The notes beneath the pieces are model-generated. The model saw only the letters and a program-made list of their open reading frames with translations. It was not told the DNA's origin and ran no database searches. Position numbers and translations under genes: made by a program. Below are positions 25,749-35,028 of a stretch of DNA of 40,626 bases, in pieces. Position 1 is the stretch's first letter. The number at the start of each line of letters is the position of its first letter. The stretch spans positions 1 to 40,626 of the forward strand of contig CAVIXW010000002.1 of NCBI GenBank assembly GCA_963646785.1. The letters run 5' to 3'. This stretch comes from Acutalibacteraceae bacterium (GTDB taxonomy: Archaea > Thermoplasmatota > Thermoplasmata > Methanomassiliicoccales > Methanomethylophilaceae).

Positions 25749-26547
25749 AACTACGCCGCTGTTGGAACTGCGGAGAATGAATAAGATCTACGATAACGGT
25801 TATCACGCCGACAAGGACGTTTCGTTCACGATACCGTCCGGAAAGCTGGTGGGGCTCATCGGTCCGAACGGCTGCGGAAAGACCACCATGATGCGGTGCA
25901 TCAACCGCATGCACGAGCCGTCCAGCGGAGACATACTCATCGACGGAGAAAGCGTTCTGGACAAAACTCCGGGGGAGATCGCGAAACTGGTATCGAACGT
26001 GCCGGCGGAGATGAACGCCTCCTTCGGACTTACCGTGTTCGAGACCGTGATGCTCGGACGCTACCCCTACCTTCAGAACATGTGGTGGGAGACCGAAGAG
26101 GACGAGACAATAGTCGAGGAAACCCTGAAAAAGTTCGGCGTGCACCATCTCGAGGACCGTTCCCTGAACATGCTGTCCTCCGGAGAACGTCAGAGGGTTC
26201 TGATAGCCAAAGCATACGTTCAGGAGCCGAGGCTGATGCTAGTCGACGAGCCCACCTCCCACCTTGACATGAAATACAAGCTCGACGTGATGGAATATCT
26301 GAAAGCCATGGTCAAACAGGATATGACGATCCTGGTGGCAGAGCACGACATCTCCCTTATGGCCCGTTACTGCGACCTCTGCATCATAATGAAGAAGGGC
26401 AGGGTCGTGTCCATGGGCAATCCGAAGGAGGTCATCACGGAGGAGCTGATCCGCGATGTTTACGAGGTCGAAGCCTCGGTCGGTTTGGACAAGGACGGAG
26501 AGATCTACGTTCTTCCGAAGAAGTTCATCGGAAACGGACTGATCTGA
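25741..26547 (+). CDS. ABC transporter ATP-binding protein (BtuD/FecE type)
   Basis: GPNGCGKTT, LSSGERQRV, DEPTSHLD and HD. Start moved to ATG 25741. Confidence 0.94.
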   Translation: MDETTPLLELRRMNKIYDNGYHADKDVSFTIPSGKLVGLIGPNGCGKTTMMRCINRMHEPSSGDILIDGESVLDKTPGEIAKLVSNVPAEMNASFGLTVFETVMLGRYPYLQNMWWETEEDETIVEETLKKFGVHHLEDRSLNMLSSGERQRVLIAKAYVQEPRLMLVDEPTSHLDMKYKLDVMEYLKAMVKQDMTILVAEHDISLMARYCDLCIIMKKGRVVSMGNPKEVITEELIRDVYEVEASVGLDKDGEIYVLPKKFIGNGLI

Positions 26548-26564
26548 CGATCTGTTCGTTGGAA

Positions 26565-26572
26565 TTATAATA
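26565..26572 (+). promoter_or_regulatory. TATA-like element of the cob operon
   Basis: TTATAATA, 28-35 nt before ATG 26600. Confidence 0.45.
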
Positions 26573-26599
26573 AGCGTATGCGATATCCCGACTGATCAG

Positions 26600-27715
26600 A
26601 TGCAGACAGGGCCAAGGAAGGAACTTTCAGGATTACCCAAAACCGTTCACGGCGGACAGGGTTGGAAGATCGAAGGAGTGGACGATTATAGTCAGAACCT
26701 AAACCCCTTCGGCCCTCCGGAAAGTCTCGGCAGGGTCATTTCGGATTCGTTTTCGGATACGGGACATTATCCCGATGCGGACTGTACCGAGGTTCGGAAC
26801 GCGATCGGAAAACTTTACGGGCTCGGCCCCGACTGCGTGACGATGGGTGCGGGTTCCTCCGAGATAATCCGTAACTTCCCCAACGTCTTCATACGTCCCG
26901 GGGACCGCGTTCTTATCCCCGCGCCCTCGTTCGCCGAATATACCCAGCAGTGCAGGATCACCGGTGCGGCCGTCGACCTCTTCCCGCTTCTTCCGGAGGA
27001 CGATTTCCGGATCGACGAGCAGAGGCTGTTCGGTTGCCTGGATTCCGGGAACTACCGGATCCTGTATCTGTGCAACCCCAACAACCCTACGGGACGCATC
27101 GAATGCAGAGAGAAGATCGAACGCATCGTCAGAAAATGCGAAGAGCTCGGGGTTCTCGTCTTCCTCGACGAGACCCTGCTGGAACTCGTGAAAGGCGAAC
27201 GGTCAATATCGCTTTCCGGAGAAGTCTGCAGTTTTACCAATCTCCTTGTCGCGCATTCCTTCACCAAATCCTTTGCCATCCCGGGCATAAGGGTGGGTTT
27301 CGCACTTTCCAATCCCGACATAATACGCGAGATGGAGAAGGTCAAGCTTCCCTGGAACGTCGGCACCGTCGAGCAGGCCGCCGCATTGCATCTTGTCGAC
27401 AACTGTCCCGGATACGTAGAGGATGCGGCCGACGTCATGAGCCGCGAATCCGACCGGATGTTCGCACAGCTCAGGGACATGGGATTTCCCGTCCGGGCCA
27501 TATCGGATTCCTTCTTCTACTTCCTGGACCTGAGCCCTATCGGACTGACGGGGGCGAAGTTCAAGGAACTCATGCTGAAAGAAGGCATCATGGTCCGGGA
27601 CTGCGCCTCGTTCGGCCCGCAGTACGATTCGTACGTGCGGTTCTGTGTCAAAAACAAGGAACGTAATGACCGTTTCCTGTCGGCCGTCAGAAAGGTCCTG
27701 GGTTCGCTAAGGTGA
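26600..27715 (+). CDS. cobD: L-threonine-O-3-phosphate decarboxylase (PLP class I/II)
   Basis: VHGG, DYSQNLNPFGPP, CNPNNPTG, SFTKSFAIPGIRVG and VRDC, in a cob-gene context. Confidence 0.88.
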   Translation: MQTGPRKELSGLPKTVHGGQGWKIEGVDDYSQNLNPFGPPESLGRVISDSFSDTGHYPDADCTEVRNAIGKLYGLGPDCVTMGAGSSEIIRNFPNVFIRPGDRVLIPAPSFAEYTQQCRITGAAVDLFPLLPEDDFRIDEQRLFGCLDSGNYRILYLCNPNNPTGRIECREKIERIVRKCEELGVLVFLDETLLELVKGERSISLSGEVCSFTNLLVAHSFTKSFAIPGIRVGFALSNPDIIREMEKVKLPWNVGTVEQAAALHLVDNCPGYVEDAADVMSRESDRMFAQLRDMGFPVRAISDSFFYFLDLSPIGLTGAKFKELMLKEGIMVRDCASFGPQYDSYVRFCVKNKERNDRFLSAVRKVLGSLR

Positions 27716-27719
27716 TCTG

Positions 27720-28763
27720 GTGGATATCTGGATCGACGGAGTTCTGATGGTTGTTCTCGCGCTTTTGTTCGATCGTTTCCCGGGAGACCCTCCGAACAGA
27801 TACCATCCTCTGCGCTGGATGGGGAATCTCCTGCAGGCCATCGACGACCGTCTCCGGAGAAGACTGTCCGCTACCGCCACCGTGTTGGGTTTCCTGTCGT
27901 ATGTTCTGGTCCTGCTGATATTCGGAGGCGTCGCACTGCTCGTCACCGGGTTCATCCGCATCGAGTTCGGAGACCTGGCGCAGTTCGATGCGTTCGGGAT
28001 CGGTTCCTCGGTCGGGGAGATCCTATGGATCGTCGTTTCCGCATATTTCCTGAAAATGACCTTCGCCCTGTTCGCATTCAGAAAGTTCTGCAGACCGATC
28101 GAAGCCGATCTCAGAAACGGCGATCTCGATGCGGCCGCCGACAAGACCCAGATGATGGTAAACCGCAAAATGAGGGGAATGGACCTCCCGCATATCACCA
28201 GCTCCTGCTGCGAGACCATATCGGAGAATCTGGTGGACAGTGTCCTGTCCCCGCTTCTTTACTGCGGGGTTTTCGGACTTCCCGGGGCCATAGCGTTCCG
28301 GTGTGCCAACCTGATGGATGCGATGTGGGGTAGACTGAATGATAAATACTGCTGCCTGGGTCATTTTCCTGCCAGGTGGGATGACGTGCTCGGATTCATA
28401 CCTTCGAGGCTGTCTCCGGTCTTCATACTCATCGCTTCGAAACTGATGCGCATCCGCTCTTCCGGCAGCGTTCTGAAGGCTGCCCTCCGCGAACACAGGA
28501 AGACCCCCAGCCCGAACAGCGGGTGGCCGATGACCGCGACCGCCGCCGCCATGGGCGTATCGTTCGAGAAGGAGGGAGTGTACGTAATGGGCGAAGGTCC
28601 GCTTCCCTCCGTCGACGAAATCTCCCTGTGCTATCGTCTGATCGAACTGACCTCGATCGTCTTCACCATCATCGTCGTTCTTCCTCTGACCGCATATCTG
28701 GGAATCCACGTTCAGATTATATTTGAGGACTTTATTCACGGATTATTCGGAGTGTTCAGATGA
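27720..28763 (+). CDS. cbiB: Adenosylcobinamide-phosphate synthase CbiB
   Basis: GDPPNRYHPLRWMG, ETISENLVDSV, NLMDAMWG, ARWDD and SPNSGWP. Confidence 0.93.
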   Translation: MDIWIDGVLMVVLALLFDRFPGDPPNRYHPLRWMGNLLQAIDDRLRRRLSATATVLGFLSYVLVLLIFGGVALLVTGFIRIEFGDLAQFDAFGIGSSVGEILWIVVSAYFLKMTFALFAFRKFCRPIEADLRNGDLDAAADKTQMMVNRKMRGMDLPHITSSCCETISENLVDSVLSPLLYCGVFGLPGAIAFRCANLMDAMWGRLNDKYCCLGHFPARWDDVLGFIPSRLSPVFILIASKLMRIRSSGSVLKAALREHRKTPSPNSGWPMTATAAAMGVSFEKEGVYVMGEGPLPSVDEISLCYRLIELTSIVFTIIVVLPLTAYLGIHVQIIFEDFIHGLFGVFR

Positions 28764-29872
28764 AATATATCAAATCGACCGAGGTCCGCGAGGAAGGCGA
28801 GTACGAGGGAACGGCTATTATTCGCCTTGCCGAGAGGATGGAGGTTTTCAGCAGTGCTCCGCTTAACGGCGGCCTGACGGTCACCGATACGCTGTTTATC
28901 ATGCAGGTGCCGCACAAGTTCGCCTGCAGGGATTATCTTTCAGTGCTCAAGGCAAAAGCCGAACAGTACGGTCTGCCGGAGGATTCGGTCGGGTTCATGA
29001 CCGCCGCCGAGGTCAGATACGTGTTCAACCACGCCGTCGAAACGGTGGACGGTACCGAGGTGTTTTCGGCCGCGACCGCCGGCGTGACCAATTGCGTCTG
29101 CGCGGGTGATGTTCTCGAAGACTGGGAACGCAAGGCCCGGAGGTCCGAGGAGATCTACAGGAGACTTATCGGAGGGACCATCAACATCGTGACCGTCGTC
29201 CCGGTTCCCCTGACCGACGCCGGCAAGGTCAACCTTCTTGCGCCCATGATCGAGGCCAAGGTTCTTGCGATGAGGGATCTGGGATATGCGGAGACCGGAA
29301 CGACCTCGGATGCCCTGGCCGTCGTCTCGCCCGTCGGAGAGGACAGACTTCCCTTTGCGGGGACCGGCACCGCGGTCGGTATCGCCGCCGCCCGTACCGT
29401 CAGGAAGGTCGTCGCACAGGCCCTGCATCTACGCGGCGAGTCACCGGAACCCCCCACCTCCCTGGAGATGCTCGGCCGCAAAGGCATCACTGACGAAATG
29501 CTCTGGGACTGCGCATCCGCATGCGGTCTCAACGAAGATCTCAAAGGGGAATTCGACGACGTAATCGACTCGATGGGTTCCGATCCCGACATCTGCGCCC
29601 TGATCTACGCGATACTTTCGGCCGGAGAGATGGCGGAGAAGAACTGCATCTGCAATCAGATGGACGGCGAGGTCCCGGATGTTCTGGTCGACGGTTCGAT
29701 CTCCATGTTCCTCGCGGGCCGTATCTCCGAGACCCGCGGGAGCGATGCCACCGTCGATCTGCTGAGGATGAGGCCCCTGAAGGAGGCCGGCCTTCCGGAA
29801 TATCTGGAGAACGCCGCGTACGGACTCGTGGCCGGCGTGGTCGGATACATAACGGGGTACTCGGATGAATGA
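28760..29872 (+). CDS. cbiZ: Adenosylcobinamide amidohydrolase CbiZ fused to a divergent CobZ-like domain (CbiS-like)
   Basis: SSAPLNGG, GFMTAA, TAGVTN, GTINI, IEAK and TGTTSD. The C-terminal ~140 aa (GIT..., DPDICALI, GLVAGVV) resemble archaeal CobZ. Confidence 0.85.
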   Translation: MKYIKSTEVREEGEYEGTAIIRLAERMEVFSSAPLNGGLTVTDTLFIMQVPHKFACRDYLSVLKAKAEQYGLPEDSVGFMTAAEVRYVFNHAVETVDGTEVFSAATAGVTNCVCAGDVLEDWERKARRSEEIYRRLIGGTINIVTVVPVPLTDAGKVNLLAPMIEAKVLAMRDLGYAETGTTSDALAVVSPVGEDRLPFAGTGTAVGIAAARTVRKVVAQALHLRGESPEPPTSLEMLGRKGITDEMLWDCASACGLNEDLKGEFDDVIDSMGSDPDICALIYAILSAGEMAEKNCICNQMDGEVPDVLVDGSISMFLAGRISETRGSDATVDLLRMRPLKEAGLPEYLENAAYGLVAGVVGYITGYSDE

Positions 29873-30800
29873 GGGTCCCGAAGACGGTTCTGGCGCGGAT
29901 CTCGGCATATGCGATACGGAGGAACATCCGACCATCGCCGAAGCTCCGGAAAGAGCGGGCATCGGGGGTGCTCTGAAGTGTATGGTATCCTTCTTCACCG
30001 TCATCCGTCTCGATGTCGGCGAGCGCGAGATGGAGTCCATGGAACGCAACTTCTGGCTCGTTCCCCTACTCGGTGCGCTGAACGGTCTTCTGGTGTTTCT
30101 GGTATGCATCCTTCTTTCCCTTTGCGAAATGTCCACCATGGTCATCGCGGTCGCAGCCCTTTTCACCGCATATATTTTCTCGAAGTTCCTCCATTTCGAC
30201 GGACTCACCGATTTCGGCGACGGGATCATAGTATCTTCCGGAAAGCGGGAGGACCATATCCGTGCCCTCAAGGACAGTCTGATAGGTGCGGGAGGGTTCG
30301 GTGTCGCGCTGTGTGTGGTCCTTCTGACCGTTGCGCTCTACGAGCATATCGGATCGGAGACCTATTCCATTTTCGGGTCAAAGTTCCTGTTCCTAGGTAC
30401 TTTCGCCTTCGCGGCCGAGATCCTGGTAAAGAACGCGCAGGTCGCCGCCGCCGCATTCGGAAACCCCGGCACCGGAATGGCTTCGAGACAGGTCGGCCTG
30501 ACCAACGGAGGGTCGCTGCTCAGATCGACCGTTCTGGTCGCCGTCCTGCTTCTGGCCCCGTTCCTCATCGAACGGGCCTTCATCACGAATGCGGACAGCT
30601 CCTGGACCGCGGACGTTTCTGTTCTGTGCGTCATCTACGTGTTCGGCCTGATCTCATCGATCGTTGTGGGATATCTGATGGCACGCAAGGCCAACGGCAC
30701 ATTCGGATTCGTCAACGGGGATATCCTGGGGGCCACCAACGAGATCTCCCGCTGTGTCGTCCTTCTCGTCACCGCCGTGATCCTGGGACTTATGCTGTGA
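29865..30800 (+). CDS. cobS: Adenosylcobinamide-GDP ribazoletransferase (cobamide synthase)
   Basis: Multi-TM protein with LHFDGLTDFGDG, ALKDSLIGAGG and FGFVNGDILGATNE. Confidence 0.93.
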   Translation: MNEGPEDGSGADLGICDTEEHPTIAEAPERAGIGGALKCMVSFFTVIRLDVGEREMESMERNFWLVPLLGALNGLLVFLVCILLSLCEMSTMVIAVAALFTAYIFSKFLHFDGLTDFGDGIIVSSGKREDHIRALKDSLIGAGGFGVALCVVLLTVALYEHIGSETYSIFGSKFLFLGTFAFAAEILVKNAQVAAAAFGNPGTGMASRQVGLTNGGSLLRSTVLVAVLLLAPFLIERAFITNADSSWTADVSVLCVIYVFGLISSIVVGYLMARKANGTFGFVNGDILGATNEISRCVVLLVTAVILGLML

Positions 30801-30804
30801 TAAC

Positions 30805-31401
30805 ATGGAGGCGCTGATCAATGCGGGCGGAAAAGGTACGCGGATGGGGCAGTGCACCGTCGAGAAACCCATGCAGCCTGTGGGAAAGGCCCCAATCATC
30901 CAGCATGTGATCGACGCAATGCGCAATTCTACCGAAATAGACCGTATCCTGGTTTCGGTAAGCCCCCATACCGTGAACACCGAGAAGTATCTCCGGGACC
31001 AGGGGATCGAGACGATCAGAACGAGCGGGGAGGATTTCATGATGGATCTCCGCGCGTCCTTTTCGACGCTCGAAGGGGAGCATGTGCTCACCTGTCCGTC
31101 CGACGTCCCCTTCGTCACTTCCGCGATCTTCGACCGCACCATCCGTTACTTCAAACCCGAAATGCAGTCTCTGATCGTTCTCATCTCGGAAGATACTGTG
31201 GTCAACAAAGGCATCGCTCCGTCGTACACCATGAATCTCAACGGCAGGGAGTGGGTCCTGTCCGGGGTCACGGTCATGGACAGACTTGCCACGATCGAAG
31301 GAAAATATCTGAATGAGGAATATCTGTTCACGGATTGGGAGGAGCTCGCCATGAATCTCAATACTCAGAACGAGCTCTCCCTTGCACGCAGAATGTGCTG
31401 A
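30805..31401 (+). CDS. cobY: Adenosylcobinamide-phosphate guanylyltransferase CobY
   Basis: ALINAGGKGTRMG..EKP, VSPHT, PSDVP and NLNT, in a cob-gene context. Confidence 0.85.
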   Translation: MEALINAGGKGTRMGQCTVEKPMQPVGKAPIIQHVIDAMRNSTEIDRILVSVSPHTVNTEKYLRDQGIETIRTSGEDFMMDLRASFSTLEGEHVLTCPSDVPFVTSAIFDRTIRYFKPEMQSLIVLISEDTVVNKGIAPSYTMNLNGREWVLSGVTVMDRLATIEGKYLNEEYLFTDWEELAMNLNTQNELSLARRMC

Positions 31402-31422
31402 TCCGCGATTGCTGTCTCCGCC

Positions 31423-33801
31423 TCAGGCGGTCTTTTTGGTCGATTTTCTGACCGTCTTTTTGGCAGCGGTTTTCTTTGCGGTCTTCTTCTTGCCGGTACC
31501 GGCGGTCTTGCCCCCATTGTCGGAAGCCGCTTCGGTCTCCTTGGCGGACGATCTGCGTTTCTTCCTCGTGGGGCAGTCCATGTTGATGCATTCGGTAATG
31601 GTTCCGAGGGAGATCATCGGCGCACCGCATTCGGGACAGGACTGATCCGTGGGGGTGATGGACCCCCTGGGTCTCAGAGGATAGGTCTGGGTACATTTCG
31701 GCCAGGCGGAACATCCAGCAAACCTTTTTCCGTTCTTCGAGAACATAACCCTGATGGTGCCTTCCTTGCAGGTCGGGCAGAGACCGAGATTGTTCTTCTC
31801 GGTGTTGGTGGAACATTTGGGGTCGATGCACTGAAGCGAGGGGGGCATCCCCTTCCTTACAACTTTGATCTGCGGGAGGCTGCAGACGGGGCATGCCGTT
31901 TCGGTAAGCTGCACCATGGCCCCTCTCGGCATGGGGTATGCACATTTGCAGTCGGGGTATCCGTTGCATCCGATGAAGTTCCCGTTCTTCGATTTCTTGA
32001 TCGTGAGACTGTTGCCGCACATCGGGCAGACGCCGACATACTGCTGCTTTCTGAGGGCCGATTTGATCTCGGTACCGATGGCCTCGCTGTCGTTCTCCAA
32101 TTTGACCGCGACATCGTGAAGCATATCCTGGGACTCTACGACGACGTCGTCAAGGGTTCTTTCGCCGTCGGTGATGCTGAGCATATCCCTTTCGAGTTTG
32201 GCCGTCATTTCGGGTTCGGTGATGCCGCCTCCGTGATGCTCCAATGCCTTGGTGAGGGCGATACCGCTGGCGGTCGGTACCAGGTAGTTGCCCTGGACAT
32301 AGTTCCTGGAGAACAGTTTGCCGATGATGTCGTGCCTGGTGGACTTCGTACCGAGCTGAAGGCGGTCCATCTCCTGGATCAGCGAACCCTGGTTGTAGCG
32401 GTAGGGGGGCTTCGTCTGGTCCTCCACCTTGCTGATGCTGCGGACCTCCACTTTGTCCCCGACCTTTAGTTCGGGTACGCGGGTCTCGGTCGTGTGGAGG
32501 TATTTCTTGTAGTATTTCTTCCACCCGAGTTCCTTCTGAACATAGCCTTCGACGAGGAATCTCTCTCCGTCGACCTCGAGGACCGTGTCGGTCGTTTCCG
32601 CGACCGCATTGGGGGCCACGGTGGCCAGGAACCTTCTGACGATGAGCTCGTAGAGTTTCCATTTGTCCCCTTTGAGCTTTGCCTGGGTCGCTCCCGCGGT
32701 GGGGTATATAGGGGGATGGTCCGTGGTTCTTCTCTTTCCTTTCGAAGGGATGATCTTCTCCTGTCTGAGGATCTCCTCCGCCTCCGACTTGAAATCGGAT
32801 TCTTTGAGTTTTTCGAGAACGCTCCTGAGACCCAGACTCTTCGGATACTCGGTGTTCTCGGTACGGGGATAGGAGATGTATCCGCCGGTATAGAGGTCCT
32901 CCGCGATCTTCATGGCGGCGGAAGGGGGTATGCCGATCTTGTTCGCTTCGACCTGCATCATGGTGGTGTCGAAAGGCGGGGGACGGTATTCCTCTTTCAG
33001 TCCTTTTTCGTAGGAGCTGACCACAGCCTCTTTGACGTCCTTGGTCTTGTCGAATATGGTTTCGGCTTCCTTCTCGTCCCAGATCTGACCTTTCTCGTGC
33101 CTGCCTTTGAACGCGAGCAGTCCGAATTTTCCCTCGATGACCCAGTAGGGTACGGGAACGAAGTTCTCGATCTCCTCGTTGCGGTCCACGAGAAGTTTCA
33201 GGGTAGGGCTCTGGACGCGTCCCACGGACATGAAGTTCTTTCCGACCTGTCCGGAAGAAAGGGAGATGAGCCTGGTCAGCACGGCACCCCAGGACAGGTC
33301 CACGATCTGCCTGGCTTCCGCCGCATTGGCGAGTTTCTCGTCGGGTTCGACGAGATTGGCGAACGCGTTCTCGACCTCTCCTTTGGTCAGCGCACTGAAT
33401 TTCGCCCTCCTGACCTTCTTCATATCGACATCGGCGGCTTTGACGGTCTCCATGCCGATAAGTTCTCCTTCGCGGTCGTAGTCGGTCGCGATGATGATAC
33501 GGTCCGCATCCTTCGCGAGCTCGACGATTTTGTTGAGGATGGATTTTACCTTGATCGTCTTGATCTGAGGCGCACGGACGAGATCGACAGGAGAGCCGGA
33601 CTTCCAATCGCTGTATTTCTCCGGATAGTCGAGTTCTATGATGTGTCCGCGGAGACTGACAACGGTGTACTGGTCGGACTCGGTTTCAAAGGTAAGGGCT
33701 GTGACTCCGCCTGCGGATGCCGAGTGCGAATGGCCGTCGGACAGGATCGTGGCGATCCTTCTTGCGGCATTCGCTTTCTCAGTGATGATCAGAATTTTCA
33801 T
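31423..33801 (-). CDS. topA: DNA topoisomerase IA with Zn-ribbon repeats and Lys-rich tail
   Basis: ITEK, ATDYDREGE, SVGRVQSPTL, YISYPRT, LGTKSTR and C-terminal CxxC ribbons. Confidence 0.96.
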   Translation of the reverse strand: MKILIITEKANAARRIATILSDGHSHSASAGGVTALTFETESDQYTVVSLRGHIIELDYPEKYSDWKSGSPVDLVRAPQIKTIKVKSILNKIVELAKDADRIIIATDYDREGELIGMETVKAADVDMKKVRRAKFSALTKGEVENAFANLVEPDEKLANAAEARQIVDLSWGAVLTRLISLSSGQVGKNFMSVGRVQSPTLKLLVDRNEEIENFVPVPYWVIEGKFGLLAFKGRHEKGQIWDEKEAETIFDKTKDVKEAVVSSYEKGLKEEYRPPPFDTTMMQVEANKIGIPPSAAMKIAEDLYTGGYISYPRTENTEYPKSLGLRSVLEKLKESDFKSEAEEILRQEKIIPSKGKRRTTDHPPIYPTAGATQAKLKGDKWKLYELIVRRFLATVAPNAVAETTDTVLEVDGERFLVEGYVQKELGWKKYYKKYLHTTETRVPELKVGDKVEVRSISKVEDQTKPPYRYNQGSLIQEMDRLQLGTKSTRHDIIGKLFSRNYVQGNYLVPTASGIALTKALEHHGGGITEPEMTAKLERDMLSITDGERTLDDVVVESQDMLHDVAVKLENDSEAIGTEIKSALRKQQYVGVCPMCGNSLTIKKSKNGNFIGCNGYPDCKCAYPMPRGAMVQLTETACPVCSLPQIKVVRKGMPPSLQCIDPKCSTNTEKNNLGLCPTCKEGTIRVMFSKNGKRFAGCSAWPKCTQTYPLRPRGSITPTDQSCPECGAPMISLGTITECINMDCPTRKKRRSSAKETEAASDNGGKTAGTGKKKTAKKTAAKKTVRKSTKKTA

Positions 33802-33952
33802 TAGTCCGTGAGTTGTATCATTTTATTTATAATTATGAAGGAAAAATCGGTATGCGGGGCGGAATTATCGTGCGGATTCCGACCATAAAGGCGTATTCGG
33901 CGGGGAACAAAATCTTCCGTGCATGACCGGATCGCTTCGGGATTCGGGTAGG

Positions 33953-34936
33953 TTATGGGCCGGGGCAGATCGCTCGATCGCAGTATTTCGATCCCTGGAC
34001 CGTTATGTCCCCGGTCGGGAAGTCGATAACTTTCGAAGGACAGAACACATCCAGGACCGTCCTGCCTTCCTCCGTCACCCGGTATTTCTTGGTGCCGGGG
34101 ATCTTTTCGATCCATCCCTTGGACTCCCACCTGCACACATAAACCCGGTAGTACTGAACGGCCTCTCCCCTCTGTCTCGTGACGTATTCCGATTCCTTCG
34201 ATCTGGGACACGCATATCCTTTTTCCGGAAGTTCGAGTTCGACAGACGTTCCTTTCACCGCGGCACCCTCTTCCAGGGGACCTCTTGCGAGCCATATGTT
34301 CTTCAGGATAAGATTTCTGATGACCGTCGTGTTCGAGTTCCTGATGCCGCTGTCGGAGATGACCGAGTATATTCTGAACGCCTTCAGCAGATTCTCCTCC
34401 GGCCGATCTATGGGAAATTTCTCCACGGAATACGTTTTTCCGATACAGCTGCAGCTTCCGACCAGTTTTCCGTCCTTTTTGGCATTTGCCAGCAGCCGGG
34501 AGTAATCCACGGTCCGTCCGTCATAACCTTTGCTGACGGTGAAGATTTCCACGTTCCTGAACATCATGGAGCATATGGCGGCGGCGGCCGCATATTCCGG
34601 CGTTCCGCCCGAGAGGTTCACGTACACGGACGATCTTTTCGAATCCACCTCTTCGATGAGGATCCGGTAGATCTCCGACATCATGCTTCTGAAAATGTAG
34701 GTCTCCGCATCTGAATGCTCGACGACCTCGATGCCGTTTTCCTTCAGGGTCCTTTCCGTTTCGTCGTAGAACGACATGTAGAACCGGGCACGCTCGTCTT
34801 TCATCGAGTCGTGTTTGACGTAATGGACAAGATGGATGCGGTCGATATTGTTCCGGAGTGCCGGTTCGGTGATCAGCGTCACTTCGCCGACCACGCAGGC
34901 TATCATCACTTTGTCTTTTGTCAGGCCCTGTCCCAT
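33953..34936 (-). CDS. CARF-like (DUF6293/HFX_2341-type) Rossmann domain + C-terminal winged HTH, putative regulator
   Basis: DRIHLVH and VYVNLSGGTPEYAAAAAI are a CARF-type signature. The C-terminal WESKGWIEK...YRVTEEGR is wHTH-like. Start moved to ATG 34936. Confidence 0.7.
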   Translation of the reverse strand: MGQGLTKDKVMIACVVGEVTLITEPALRNNIDRIHLVHYVKHDSMKDERARFYMSFYDETERTLKENGIEVVEHSDAETYIFRSMMSEIYRILIEEVDSKRSSVYVNLSGGTPEYAAAAAICSMMFRNVEIFTVSKGYDGRTVDYSRLLANAKKDGKLVGSCSCIGKTYSVEKFPIDRPEENLLKAFRIYSVISDSGIRNSNTTVIRNLILKNIWLARGPLEEGAAVKGTSVELELPEKGYACPRSKESEYVTRQRGEAVQYYRVYVCRWESKGWIEKIPGTKKYRVTEEGRTVLDVFCPSKVIDFPTGDITVQGSKYCDRAICPGP

Positions 34937-34953
34937 AGCCGACTTAAAGTCTG

Positions 34954-34991
34954 TTACATATATTACATTTATTACATTTATGAGTAATATA
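34954..34991. promoter_or_regulatory. Divergent promoter with triple TTACAT repeat and inverted repeat
   Basis: TTACAT at 34954, 34963 and 34972; TATATTAC (34959-66) pairs with GTAATATA (34984-91). Confidence 0.55.
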
Positions 34992-35028
34992 AATAGATAC
35001 AAATCCTCCCGGGAGTAAGGTGATTTAC

